A DNA stretch of 64,000 nt from Deinococcales bacterium. Lineage in GTDB: Bacteria > Deinococcota > Deinococci > Deinococcales > JAAFIG01. The stretch lies in assembly GCA_043778225.1 (NCBI GenBank), contig JAYWGM010000094.1, positions 32,001 to 96,000 of the forward strand. The letters run 5' to 3'. Every line of letters begins with the position of its first letter. The stretch's first letter is position 1. The notes under the pieces are model-generated. The model did not search any database. It was not told the DNA's origin and was given only the letters and a program-made list of their open reading frames with translations. The position numbers and the translations under genes are program-made. Of the stretch, positions 28,189 to 37,996 are shown one piece after another.

Positions 28189-29286
28189 ATGAAACCTAAT
28201 CCATTTCGTATCGAACAATTTTATGCCAAGTACGAATTTAGCACGCCCTATATGCTCTCGAGTTCCGATGCCGAATCGCGTAGCGTCGCAGAATTATTGG
28301 CTTTTGAACCGAGTGCCAAGCTCGAGCAGCTTTGGCTTGGCTACACCGAATCAAGTGGTGCGCCATACTTGCGCCAGACGATTGCTGGAATTTACCAAGC
28401 CATAACCCCAGACGATGTACTGGTGTTCTCGAGTGCTGAAGAAGGGATTTTTGTTTTTTATAACGCCCTGATTGCCGCCACCGACCATGTGATTGTCGAG
28501 TCGCCGTGTTATGAATCGGCATTTGAAATTGCCCGTTGTACTGGTGCAAGTGTCTCGAAATGGCAACGAAACTTTGAAACGGGCTGGGCGCATGACTTGA
28601 CGGCTTTAGAAAGGCTTATTCAAAAAAACACCAAAGCCATTTATATCAACACGCCACACAATCCAACTGGCACAAACATGACTTTGGATACGCTTAACGC
28701 TGTGCTGAATTTGGCTCGAGAACACGGCATCTATGTTTTTTGTGATGAAGTCTACCGAGAACTCGAGCATGACCCACACACCCGTTTACCAGCCGCCTGC
28801 GATTTATACGAAAATGCGATTTCGCTTGGTTCAATCAGCAAGGCTTATGGCTTGCCGGGTTTGCGCTTGGGTTGGTATGCCAGCCGCAACCGCCACGTAT
28901 TACAAGCGGCTCGAGATTACAAAGATTACACCACCATCTGCTCGAGCGCACCTTCCGAATTTTTAGCCGATTTAGCGCTGCGTCACCGCGATATTTTACT
29001 CGAGCGCAATTTGGGTCTGGTGTTGCACAATCTGCCGCTACTCAAGGCTTTTATCACCCGTCACTCGAGCTTGTTTTCGTGGGTCAAGCCAACTGCCAGC
29101 CCAATTGCATTTCCACGTCTCGAGATGCCAAATATAGAAGCATTTTGTGAAGCCGCCGCCTTAGAAGCTGGCGTACTGCTCTTGCCAGGTGCAGTTTACG
29201 ACCAACCAAATCACTTACGGATGGGCTTTGGACGGCGCAATATGCCCGAAGCATTGGCGCAACTCGAGGCATTTTTAGAACGGTAA
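28189..29286 (+). CDS. Class I/II PLP aminotransferase
   Basis: NTPHNPTG, DEVY, SISKAYGLPGLRLGW. Confidence 0.95.
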   Translation: MKPNPFRIEQFYAKYEFSTPYMLSSSDAESRSVAELLAFEPSAKLEQLWLGYTESSGAPYLRQTIAGIYQAITPDDVLVFSSAEEGIFVFYNALIAATDHVIVESPCYESAFEIARCTGASVSKWQRNFETGWAHDLTALERLIQKNTKAIYINTPHNPTGTNMTLDTLNAVLNLAREHGIYVFCDEVYRELEHDPHTRLPAACDLYENAISLGSISKAYGLPGLRLGWYASRNRHVLQAARDYKDYTTICSSAPSEFLADLALRHRDILLERNLGLVLHNLPLLKAFITRHSSLFSWVKPTASPIAFPRLEMPNIEAFCEAAALEAGVLLLPGAVYDQPNHLRMGFGRRNMPEALAQLEAFLER

Positions 29287-29339
29287 CTCGAGTTTCTGGC
29301 ATTACAAAATTTCAAAGCCACACAGCGTAGACTCGAGCC

Positions 29340-30185
29340 ATGATGCGTTTTGCTTGGCTCGAGATGGGCGTTTTACAACTGCACGGCTCGGACAGAATTC
29401 CATTTCTGCATGGACAATGCACCAACGATGTACGTGGCTTGGCAATTGGTACAACCTGTCGAGCCTTAATTTTGAATGCTAAGGGGCAAATCGAATTTGA
29501 TATTACAGTTTTGCGCCGCAGCGATGACCTAATGGTTTTTTGCCCGCTTGGTCTCGAGGAAGTTTTATTCGAGCGTTTGAAGCGCTATATTATTTTTGAT
29601 GATGTGCAAATGGTTGTTAGCACTGATTGGCGTTTGCTGCATCTGATTCCAGACCTCGGGACAAGTGCTGCTCCTCTCGACCTCGGGACAAGTGCTGCTC
29701 TCCCCTACCTCGAGACAAGTGCTGCTCATTGGGAATCAAATCGCGGTTTTGGGATTGGGCAAGATATTTTATTTTCTGTATCCGAATTGCCAACGCTCGA
29801 GAATGCACGACCGCTCGAGAATTTAGAATTGGCTCGAGTAGAAGCTAGTTTACCCCAAGCCCACAGCGATGCTTTTTTAGGCTTGCTGCCCCAAGAATGT
29901 GGTTTAGAATTTGCTGTCTCGTATAAAAAAGGCTGTTATATCGGGCAAGAAATCATGGCAAGACTCGAGGCTCGAGGTACGAGGCGCTATGAATTGCGCC
30001 GAGTGCGATTAGCCAATGCCGTGGCTCGAGGTACAAAAATCAAACTCGAGCAACGCGAGGTCGGGCAGTTGGGAGCGGTCATTCAAGACGATGCTGCTTT
30101 TATAGCCTTGGCGGTGCTGCGCCGTGACCTCGCGCCAGAGGCTGCCTTACTCGCAGATTCAGTTGCTTTGCGACTCGAGCGGTAA
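29340..30185 (+). CDS. ygfZ: YgfZ/GcvT-family folate-binding protein
   Basis: FL.GQ.TND and KGCYIGQE motifs. Confidence 0.9.
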   Translation: MMRFAWLEMGVLQLHGSDRIPFLHGQCTNDVRGLAIGTTCRALILNAKGQIEFDITVLRRSDDLMVFCPLGLEEVLFERLKRYIIFDDVQMVVSTDWRLLHLIPDLGTSAAPLDLGTSAALPYLETSAAHWESNRGFGIGQDILFSVSELPTLENARPLENLELARVEASLPQAHSDAFLGLLPQECGLEFAVSYKKGCYIGQEIMARLEARGTRRYELRRVRLANAVARGTKIKLEQREVGQLGAVIQDDAAFIALAVLRRDLAPEAALLADSVALRLER

Positions 30186-31025
30186 AACAGCAATGATTTG
30201 GGTTGGATAAACAGCAGGTTTTGCTGTGGACTCGAGCGAAACCATGACCATACGGGTTTGGGCTGGCACAACAAAGTCTGGGCTTAATGGCTCAAAAATT
30301 TGTAATGGCTGCGGGGCGTTGTCCGATGGATTCATAACCCAGATTTGCCAGTGCATCCCTTGGGGCTTATCGGCTCGCAGGTGTAAACGCCATTGATTTT
30401 GGTTATAGCGTTCGATTCGGGCAACAGCTTCGGGTTTGGCTTGCTGCCGAATGCGTTTTAGAATTTGACTCTCAAGCCCAGCCACAGGTTGGCTGGGTAA
30501 AAGCAGTTGAGTTGCCACTTCGATGCCAGCCGATTCTTCTTGGCGGACTCGAGCCTCGAGTAAGACCAGCACTTTTTGGGCAAACTGCTCGAGTTTTTGG
30601 ATTTGTGGTTCGGTAAATGGTCGGGTTTGATGGTCAAAAACACAGACTGTGCCAACCGCACAACCTTCGGAATTGATAATCGGTGCGCCAGCATACGCCA
30701 GTATTTGGGCTTCTTGCAGTGGCGGCATATCAGCAAAGCGTGGCTCGCGCCGCACATTGGGTACAGCTAAAGTGGTGGCTTGGTAAATCGTGTGGGCGCA
30801 CGTTGCCCATTCGCGCTGATTGACGCTGATTTGTGTCCCAAACTTGGCTTTGAACCAGTGGCGGGTTTGGTCTATAAAACCAATAATCGCGATTGGGGCT
30901 TCTAAGGCTGCCGCAACTTCGGCTGCCAAAATATCAAACTGATGTTCTGGAGGCGTATCGAGGACAGCATAAGCATAAAGCGCCTCGAGTCGGGCTGTTT
31001 CGTTGTAAGGCACAGGAGCAATCAT
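30159..31025 (-). CDS. GAF domain plus RskA-like anti-sigma C-terminus
   Basis: E..RL.AL..Y..LDT GAF start, YAGAP, G...GT.CV.D; C-terminal WQIW..., VSLE; coupled to sigma gene. Confidence 0.75.
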   Translation of the reverse strand: MIAPVPYNETARLEALYAYAVLDTPPEHQFDILAAEVAAALEAPIAIIGFIDQTRHWFKAKFGTQISVNQREWATCAHTIYQATTLAVPNVRREPRFADMPPLQEAQILAYAGAPIINSEGCAVGTVCVFDHQTRPFTEPQIQKLEQFAQKVLVLLEARVRQEESAGIEVATQLLLPSQPVAGLESQILKRIRQQAKPEAVARIERYNQNQWRLHLRADKPQGMHWQIWVMNPSDNAPQPLQIFEPLSPDFVVPAQTRMVMVSLESTAKPAVYPTQIIAVLPLESQSN

Positions 31026-31588
31026 AATTCCACCAATCTTTGGGTTGACCCACCAAGCGCATTGGCTAATTTCTCGAGACCCAAACGCAGTCTGGATTTA
31101 ATTGTACCCAATGGTAGCTCGGTTTTTTTGGCAATTTGCGAATGACTCAGACCCGCAAAAAATGCCAGTTCAATTAATTCGCGTTCATGGGTATTGAGAA
31201 CCCCCAACGCTCGGCTAATCATGGCTTGCTCGAGTGGGTCTCGGTTTGGCTCAAGGCTGTATCGCTCGAGGTTTTCTTCTGGATAATCGGTACGCCGTGC
31301 AGCACGGCGGCGCAAGGCATCTATGCTGGCATGATGGGCAATCGTCATCAGCCAACTGGCGGCACTGCCGCGCTGTTCAAAAAAACCATTGGCACGTTCC
31401 CAAAGTTTAACAAAAACCTCTTGGGTGACATCATCGGCTTCGGACTGGCTGCCAAGAATACGCCGTGCCAAAGAATGCACCCGACTCGAGAAGCGCCGAT
31501 AAAGCTCCGCCAAGGCTTTTTCGTTGCTTAAAGCGACCTGTGCCAGCAAAAACTCATCCGTGCTGTCGTCGGTGTCAAAATTCACCAT
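31022..31588 (-). CDS. ECF sigma factor (SigK-like)
   Basis: D..QE.F...W, WL..IA...ID, G.SH.QIA...PLGTIKSR.R.GL; TATACT-N6-ATG start. Confidence 0.93.
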   Translation of the reverse strand: MVNFDTDDSTDEFLLAQVALSNEKALAELYRRFSSRVHSLARRILGSQSEADDVTQEVFVKLWERANGFFEQRGSAASWLMTIAHHASIDALRRRAARRTDYPEENLERYSLEPNRDPLEQAMISRALGVLNTHERELIELAFFAGLSHSQIAKKTELPLGTIKSRLRLGLEKLANALGGSTQRLVEL

Positions 31589-31662
31589 TGGCAAAGTATA
31601 CGTGTTTATGCCAAGAAATAAGAGCATCAAAAAGTATACGCAGGCTTAGCCCACTTTGGATG

Positions 31663-32586
31663 TCAGTAGCCCATCGCCTGAATGCTGCCCAAACTCAGTT
31701 CTTCTTCTCGAGGCGGCGCACGGCGCTGGTCAAGATGCCAGCCTTGGGGTAAACGCGGAGCTTCACGGAGTTTGCCCGATAAACGTTTACGCAGCGTATC
31801 GAGCTTAGCTAAGTTCTCGAGCAATAAACTTGGGTCATTGCGGGGAATGCGAATTTCTGCGCCATCCTTGGTGTGTCCGATGTCTGGGATTCCAGCGTAC
31901 TCGAGCGTAATGGTTTTGGTCTTGGTGGCACGCACCAGCACCCACTCGAGCCAATCAAATTCGACTGGCTGCATTGCCAAATGGCGGTCGCGCAGTCCTT
32001 CGGCTTCAAAACGCGGAGCGCTGGTGTGAATCTCGAGGGTGGATTCAAGCGGCAGCCCATCCAAGTATTTTTCGGGGTTTTCGCCACGATGGGCAGCACT
32101 GACTCGAGCATGGGCAATATCCAAAAGCAGTGGCGCTTGGCTGATTTCTAGAGCGGCTGTAATCCAAGCTGGGTCAGAAATAAAAAGCGGGCGCTCTGAC
32201 CAAGCGTACTGCGCCACATTCTCGAGCGCGATTTCTAAGCCAGTTGCCTCGCGCAGCACTTCTATATTTTCGGCTAACCGCTCGAGTGCAGCCCCGGGGG
32301 TCAGGTTGTCCATGTCTTCGGGCTGAAAATCCAAATGAACCGATAAGTACGGCGTGTTGCTGGTGGCAATCCAATTTTTTAGGCGCTCGAGTTTTGGTGG
32401 TGCTGCCATGCCAACTCGCCAATGGTCGCCGCAACCATGCAGCAAGACTGGGCGCAAACCACGAGCGCTCTCGAGTTGGGTGTCCATGTTGCGCTCGAGG
32501 GCAACTTTGACGTAATCCAAGGGTGGATTGATTTTTCGCAATAAGCTACGAAGGGCGCTTGAATCATTGGCAGCGAGGGCAATCAT
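31663..32586 (-). CDS. DUF692-like (MNIO) TIM-barrel metalloenzyme
   Basis: LLHG, SVHL, LENV, LLLDIAH, EIH, DRH, TLEY metal-ligand pattern. Confidence 0.75.
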   Translation of the reverse strand: MIALAANDSSALRSLLRKINPPLDYVKVALERNMDTQLESARGLRPVLLHGCGDHWRVGMAAPPKLERLKNWIATSNTPYLSVHLDFQPEDMDNLTPGAALERLAENIEVLREATGLEIALENVAQYAWSERPLFISDPAWITAALEISQAPLLLDIAHARVSAAHRGENPEKYLDGLPLESTLEIHTSAPRFEAEGLRDRHLAMQPVEFDWLEWVLVRATKTKTITLEYAGIPDIGHTKDGAEIRIPRNDPSLLLENLAKLDTLRKRLSGKLREAPRLPQGWHLDQRRAPPREEELSLGSIQAMGY

Positions 32587-32662
32587 ATTATTCTCCGTTA
32601 CTACTTTGAGTTATTTACACACTATACTCTTTTGAGTAAGATGCGTGAGAAGCAGTCTGGTG

Positions 32663-32691
32663 TTGACAATTTTTTACCTCAGTGCTACCTT
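32663..32691 (+). promoter_or_regulatory. Sigma70 promoter of sugar operon
   Basis: TTGACA-N17-TACCTT with extended TG. Confidence 0.7.
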
Positions 32692-32739
32692 ATAAAAACA
32701 AACATAATTTAGTGAATTAAGAAACTTATTGGGGTATCT

Positions 32740-33918
32740 GTGCGAACAAACAAAGGTGACCAAAGCACTGTCCGTCGGCTTAACCGTCGGCTAATTCTCA
32801 ATCATATTCGGCAAGCTGGGCAGACCAGTCGTGCCAGCCTTGCTCAGATTACAGGGCTGAGTCCAGCCGCCGTAACGGGCGTGACCGCCGAGTTAATTTC
32901 CGATCAATTCTTGCTAGAACGCACCCTTGGCGAATCCAGTGGTGGTCGTCCGCCAATTCTTTTAGATATAGATTACACGGCTCATTATGCCATTGGTATG
33001 AAACTGATGGAAACCCGTCTCGAGGCGGTACTGACCGACCTTTCAACCAAGGTTCTCGAGCATCTGAGTTTACCGCTCGAGTCGCATTCACCACTTGGCG
33101 TAGCCGATTTAATCGCCAAAGCCAGCCAGCAATTATTGGTTTTGGCGGGGGTCAGTAAAGAGCGTTTAATTGGTCTGGGGCTTGGTTTAGCGGGTGTGGT
33201 GGATGCCAGCAGTGGTATTTGTCATTCATCAGCATACTTGGGTTGGCAAGAAGTGCCGATTGCCGATTTGATTCGTCAGCGTTTAGGGGTTGCTGTTTGG
33301 GTGGACAACGATGTCAATGCTTTTGCGGCGGCCGAGCGCTTATTTGGACATGGTAAAAGCGCTCAGAATTTTTTGGTGGTCACTTTAGGGCGTGGCATCG
33401 GTGCGGGTTTGGTCTTGGGTGGCGAGTTATACCGTGGGCGCGATGGTGGGGCTGGAGAACTCGGGCATACGTTAAGCGAACTCAATGGGCGAGGTTGTGA
33501 ATGCGGTAATTTTGGTTGTCTGGAAGCCTATGCTTCCGAACCTGCCTTGGTGATGCGTTACAATGAACAATGCCCCGACGCACCATTGGCAGATATTGCT
33601 GCCTTCTTAGCTTGCCAAGATGAATTAGCCACCGAACTTTTGCTGGATGCCGCCAAGCGGGTTGGGCGAGCGCTGGCGCAGTTGGTCAATATCCTTAATC
33701 CAGAAATGATCATGATTGGGGGCGAGGGAGTACGTTTGGGCGAAGTTTTTTTTGACCAAATGAAAACCACTCTGCTCGAGCATAGCTTTAATGGGCTGGC
33801 AAAAAATCTACCAATACAAATAGACGCTTGGGGCGATGATGCTTGGGCGCGTGGAGCAGCCAGTTTAGCCCTACAACGGGCTTTTGATTTTGCTTCGATG
33901 AAGGACAGCTATGTATGA
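32740..33918 (+). CDS. ROK-family transcriptional repressor
   Basis: N-terminal HTH, GGRPP, NDVN, GELGH, C.CG..GCLE. Confidence 0.95.
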   Translation: MRTNKGDQSTVRRLNRRLILNHIRQAGQTSRASLAQITGLSPAAVTGVTAELISDQFLLERTLGESSGGRPPILLDIDYTAHYAIGMKLMETRLEAVLTDLSTKVLEHLSLPLESHSPLGVADLIAKASQQLLVLAGVSKERLIGLGLGLAGVVDASSGICHSSAYLGWQEVPIADLIRQRLGVAVWVDNDVNAFAAAERLFGHGKSAQNFLVVTLGRGIGAGLVLGGELYRGRDGGAGELGHTLSELNGRGCECGNFGCLEAYASEPALVMRYNEQCPDAPLADIAAFLACQDELATELLLDAAKRVGRALAQLVNILNPEMIMIGGEGVRLGEVFFDQMKTTLLEHSFNGLAKNLPIQIDAWGDDAWARGAASLALQRAFDFASMKDSYV

Positions 33919-34783
33919 ACGTGGCTCGAGACGTTTAGCAACCTTGGCTTTTTTTCTGTTACCCAGTGTGCTTGGTGTGGCGGTGTTTTTGCTTGGTCCG
34001 ATTGTGGCAAGTTTAGGGCTGGCATTTACCAATTGGGACTTACTAACCACGCCTAGCTTTGTTGGATTGCAAAATTTTGTGGCACTCAGCCAAGACCCAG
34101 AGTTCTGGCAGGCGCTTTTTCATACCCTGACTTTTATTGTTTTTTATGTGCCACTGGTTCTTATTTTAGGCTTGCTGATTGCGGTGTCCTTAAATGGTCG
34201 GATTGCGGCTCGAGGGCTATTTCGGGTGCTGTATTTTTTACCCGTGGTGACCTCATGGGTGGCAGTGGCACTGGTTTGGAAGTGGTTGCTTAATCCCAGT
34301 TATGGACTGATTAACAACGCGCTGTTGCTGCTTGGTATCACGGGTCCTGCTTGGTTATTTGACCCAGCTTGGGCAATGCCTTCAGTCATTATGACCAGCT
34401 TATGGAAAGACCTTGGATTTGTGATGACCATTTTGCTGGCAGGTTTGCAAGGCATTCCAAGCGAGTACCTCGAGGCGGCTCAGATGGATGGGGCAAGTGG
34501 CACACAGCGCCTTTGGTTTGTGGTGCTGCCTTTGCTTGCCCCAGCTTTGTTTTTTGCCCTAACCATCAGTTTAATCAATTCTTTTCAAGTCTTTGATCAA
34601 GTCTATGTCATGACTGGTGGCGGACCTGCGGGGGCAACCACAGTTTTGATTGAACGAATTGTCAAAAATGCCTTTTCGTACAGCCGCATGGGTTATGCCT
34701 CGGCGATGTCATGGGTTTTATTCTTACTGGTGTTTTTGTCCTCATTTTTGATTTCTAAAATTCGCGCACGGTGGGCAGCATGA
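33911..34783 (+). CDS. Carbohydrate ABC permease
   Basis: EAA.MDGA loop, MTGGGP. Confidence 0.95.
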   Translation: MYERGSRRLATLAFFLLPSVLGVAVFLLGPIVASLGLAFTNWDLLTTPSFVGLQNFVALSQDPEFWQALFHTLTFIVFYVPLVLILGLLIAVSLNGRIAARGLFRVLYFLPVVTSWVAVALVWKWLLNPSYGLINNALLLLGITGPAWLFDPAWAMPSVIMTSLWKDLGFVMTILLAGLQGIPSEYLEAAQMDGASGTQRLWFVVLPLLAPALFFALTISLINSFQVFDQVYVMTGGGPAGATTVLIERIVKNAFSYSRMGYASAMSWVLFLLVFLSSFLISKIRARWAA

Positions 34784-35613
34784 AAGCCCGATTGAACCCC
34801 TTGGATTGGCTGCGTTTGCTGTTGGTCTCGGTTGGGGCAATCGTGATGTTTTTTCCATTTTTATGGATGCTTTCGACCTCGCTTAAATCTGGTGCATCGG
34901 TGCTGACCATGCCGCCGCAACTGATACCGCAACCACTGACACTCGAGCCGTACAGCCAAGTCACCCAGACTTTTCCGATGCTGCGGGTTTTATTTAATTC
35001 TGTATTTGTGGCATTGCTAAGCACCCTCGGGCAGTTGATTGTCTGTTCGATGTCTGGTTATGCCTTTGCCCGTTTTACTTTTTTTGGACGCGATACTTTG
35101 TTTTTGGTCTACCTTGGCACTTTAATGATTCCCTTTGCTGTGACCATGACTCCGCTCTTTATTATCGTCAAAACACTGGGTTGGACAAATTCGTATTTAG
35201 GTTTAATCGTGCCAAGTATTTTTAGCGCGTTTGGTACATTTCTAATGCGACAATTTTTTCTGGATTTACCCAAAGAACTCGAGGAAGCGGCTGTACTTGA
35301 CGGCGCAAGTACAATTCAGGTGTTCTTCAAAATCATGCTGCCATTATCGGGTCCTGCCCTTGCAACTTTGGGGGTGCTGTCTTTTATGGCATCGTGGAAT
35401 AATTTTTTATGGTCGCTCTTAATTGTCAGTGACCGCAACCTGATGACCTTACCACTTGCCTTATCTACGCTGCAAAGTGTTTATCCCGGGCAGACCCAAT
35501 GGAATTTAATCATGGCAGGTGCAGTGATTACGGTACTGCCAATGTTGCTGGTATTTTTGTTAGCGCAACGTTGGGTTGTGGCGGGTATCACCACCAGTGG
35601 ATTGAAGGGGTGA
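34780..35613 (+). CDS. Carbohydrate ABC permease
   Basis: EEAA.LDGA, WN.F.W. Confidence 0.95.
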   Translation: MKARLNPLDWLRLLLVSVGAIVMFFPFLWMLSTSLKSGASVLTMPPQLIPQPLTLEPYSQVTQTFPMLRVLFNSVFVALLSTLGQLIVCSMSGYAFARFTFFGRDTLFLVYLGTLMIPFAVTMTPLFIIVKTLGWTNSYLGLIVPSIFSAFGTFLMRQFFLDLPKELEEAAVLDGASTIQVFFKIMLPLSGPALATLGVLSFMASWNNFLWSLLIVSDRNLMTLPLALSTLQSVYPGQTQWNLIMAGAVITVLPMLLVFLLAQRWVVAGITTSGLKG

Positions 35614-35714
35614 TGTGATGACCTGAGCAACCTATTTTACTTGGTTTTTTTGGAACGTAAGTCATTGCGTTTTGTGGTTTGGTGTTGTCGTTTTTCGCCC
35701 ACTCAGGAGGTTCT

Positions 35715-36944
35715 ATGAAACGTTTATTGGTTATTGCTCCACTCGTCGCGGCTGGTTTGGCTTTAGCTCAACAAGGCACAACCCTAAAGTTCTTTTCTTT
35801 TACCACCGATGCGGGTCATGTCAAAGCCCTCGAGTCGGTCATTGGGCAGTTTGAAAAAGAAAACCCCGGGGTCAAGGTACAGTACACCACCGCACCTTTC
35901 GACAGCTACTTTACCAAGTTGCAAACCGATTTAGCGGCTGGGCAAGCACCAGATGTCTTTGAACTCAACTACGAAAATTTTGTGACTTTTGCTTCTAAAA
36001 ATACCTTGCGCGAACTTGGCTCATCCATGAAAAAAGATGGTACAGACAAGGCAGATTTGTTCTATCCGGCTGCCTTAAATGCCTTTAAGTATCGCGGGGT
36101 GCAGTACGGCTTACCGATGACCTTCTCGACTGTGGTCTTGTTTTACAACAAAGACTTATTCGACAAAGCTGGTGTGGCATACCCGAATAAAAACTGGACT
36201 TGGAAAGACCAACTCGAGGCAGCTAAAAAACTGACCGATGCCCCCAAGAAAGTCTGGGGAGTGTTTCAGCCGGTGCAATTTTGGGAATTCTACAAAGTCG
36301 CAGTTCAAGCTGGCGGCGGCTTAAAAGTTAGTCCAACGGTGCAAATTGACACCCCCAAGAACCGTGAAGCCCTGCGTTGGTTGGTGGACAAAAGCCTAAC
36401 CCACAAAGTCATGCCAACCGCAGCCCAAATGAGTGGAGTCGGTGACGGCGATATGTTTGTCAACGGACAACTTGCGATGATTCATACTGGAATTTGGATG
36501 TTTGATACTTTTTCCAAAGCCCCCTTCAAATGGGATATTGCCCTCGAGCCGGGCGGTGCAAAACGTGGCACTCACTTTTTCTCGAATGCGGCTGTGGTCA
36601 GCAAAACCAGTAAAAATGCGGCGGCTGCCTATAAATGGGTGAAATTTCTGGCTGCTAGTCCATTTACTGCCAAGACCCGAATTGACACTTCTTGGGAATT
36701 ACCAGCTTTATCGCTCGGTCAGCGCAGCAATGTAGCGGCGTACCTCGAAAAACCCATGCCCGCCAACCGTGAAGCCGTCTTTGAATCGTTGCAGTTTGCA
36801 GTCACACCACCCGTGGTCGAGAATCAATCGCAATTACAAGATATCATCAATCAAGAACTTGAGGCAGCCAAACTCGGAACGAAAACCGTCGAACAAGCCC
36901 TCTCGAGCGCCCAACAACGGGTTGTGGCACTGCTGAAAAAATGA
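35715..36944 (+). CDS. Sugar ABC substrate-binding protein
   Basis: AGGAGG RBS, signal peptide, FYNKDLFDKAG. Confidence 0.93.
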   Translation: MKRLLVIAPLVAAGLALAQQGTTLKFFSFTTDAGHVKALESVIGQFEKENPGVKVQYTTAPFDSYFTKLQTDLAAGQAPDVFELNYENFVTFASKNTLRELGSSMKKDGTDKADLFYPAALNAFKYRGVQYGLPMTFSTVVLFYNKDLFDKAGVAYPNKNWTWKDQLEAAKKLTDAPKKVWGVFQPVQFWEFYKVAVQAGGGLKVSPTVQIDTPKNREALRWLVDKSLTHKVMPTAAQMSGVGDGDMFVNGQLAMIHTGIWMFDTFSKAPFKWDIALEPGGAKRGTHFFSNAAVVSKTSKNAAAAYKWVKFLAASPFTAKTRIDTSWELPALSLGQRSNVAAYLEKPMPANREAVFESLQFAVTPPVVENQSQLQDIINQELEAAKLGTKTVEQALSSAQQRVVALLKK

Positions 36945-37996
36945 ATACCGAGTCTACGGTGCGTCTCCTCCTTGCCGAACAAACGCAAGGGGGAGCATTC
37001 TCGGCTTGTCCAAGTTTTTCGCAGTACCCATACTGTTGGTTACGGGATGCCACTTTTGTGGCGTATGCCCTAGATTGTTACGGACAACACAGCGCCGCCG
37101 AGCGCTATTACCTTTGGGCTGCCCAGACGATTGCTCGCCAAGAGGGGCAAATTGAAAAACTTATCCATCTGCGTTCTCGAGGAGCGCCAATTGCTGAACA
37201 CGAATTTTTGCCAACTCGATTTTCCTTGTCTGGTGAACCGCTTAAAGATAACTGGCCCAATTTTCAGCTTGATGGTTATGGGCAATGGCTTTGGGGTTTA
37301 GGGCAGCACCTAAAACTGTCTGGGCAAAGCACCATCCCTAGCCAATTTCAAGCCGGGGTCAACAGCACTTTGGCTTATTTGGCAGCCTTTTGGAACGAGC
37401 CATGTTACGACTGCTGGGAAGAATTCCCGTTTCGTTGGCACACCTCGACACTGGTTTCTTTGTATGGCGGCATCAAGGCTATTGGCGAATTTATACCAAG
37501 CCAACTGGATTTAGCCGAGCAAATTAAAACCTTTATTCTCGAGCATTGCGTGCAAGAAGGGCATTTGGTCAAGTTTGTCGGTTGTCCAATTCCAGACTCG
37601 AGTTTACTCTGGAGCGCCGTACCATTTGGTTTATTTGAAGTCACCGACCCGATTTTTCTAGCCACCTTAGAGCAAATCGAAAGCAGATTGTTGCGCTCTG
37701 GGTTGCGCCGCTACGAATTTGATACCTATTACGGTGGTGGGCAATGGATTCTACTCTCCGCTTGGCTGGGCTGGGTTTATGTGCGTTTAGGACGCACCGC
37801 AGAAGCCGAACAACTGCTCGAGTGGATAGAGACTCAAGATGAGGCTGGATTACCCGAACAAGTCAGCCAAGAACTTCATGCACCCGTCTACCACGACTAT
37901 TGGCGTAAAATGTGGGGGCAACCCGCTAAACCCTTGTTGTGGTCTCATGCGATGCACCTAATTTTCAAACAAGAACTCAAAAAAGGAAACCCATGA
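36941..37996 (+). CDS. GH15-like glycosidase (isomaltose glucohydrolase-like)
   Basis: Y.YCWLRD, QLDGYG, DCWEE, LPEQ, PLLWSHA. Confidence 0.88.
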   Translation: MNTESTVRLLLAEQTQGGAFSACPSFSQYPYCWLRDATFVAYALDCYGQHSAAERYYLWAAQTIARQEGQIEKLIHLRSRGAPIAEHEFLPTRFSLSGEPLKDNWPNFQLDGYGQWLWGLGQHLKLSGQSTIPSQFQAGVNSTLAYLAAFWNEPCYDCWEEFPFRWHTSTLVSLYGGIKAIGEFIPSQLDLAEQIKTFILEHCVQEGHLVKFVGCPIPDSSLLWSAVPFGLFEVTDPIFLATLEQIESRLLRSGLRRYEFDTYYGGGQWILLSAWLGWVYVRLGRTAEAEQLLEWIETQDEAGLPEQVSQELHAPVYHDYWRKMWGQPAKPLLWSHAMHLIFKQELKKGNP

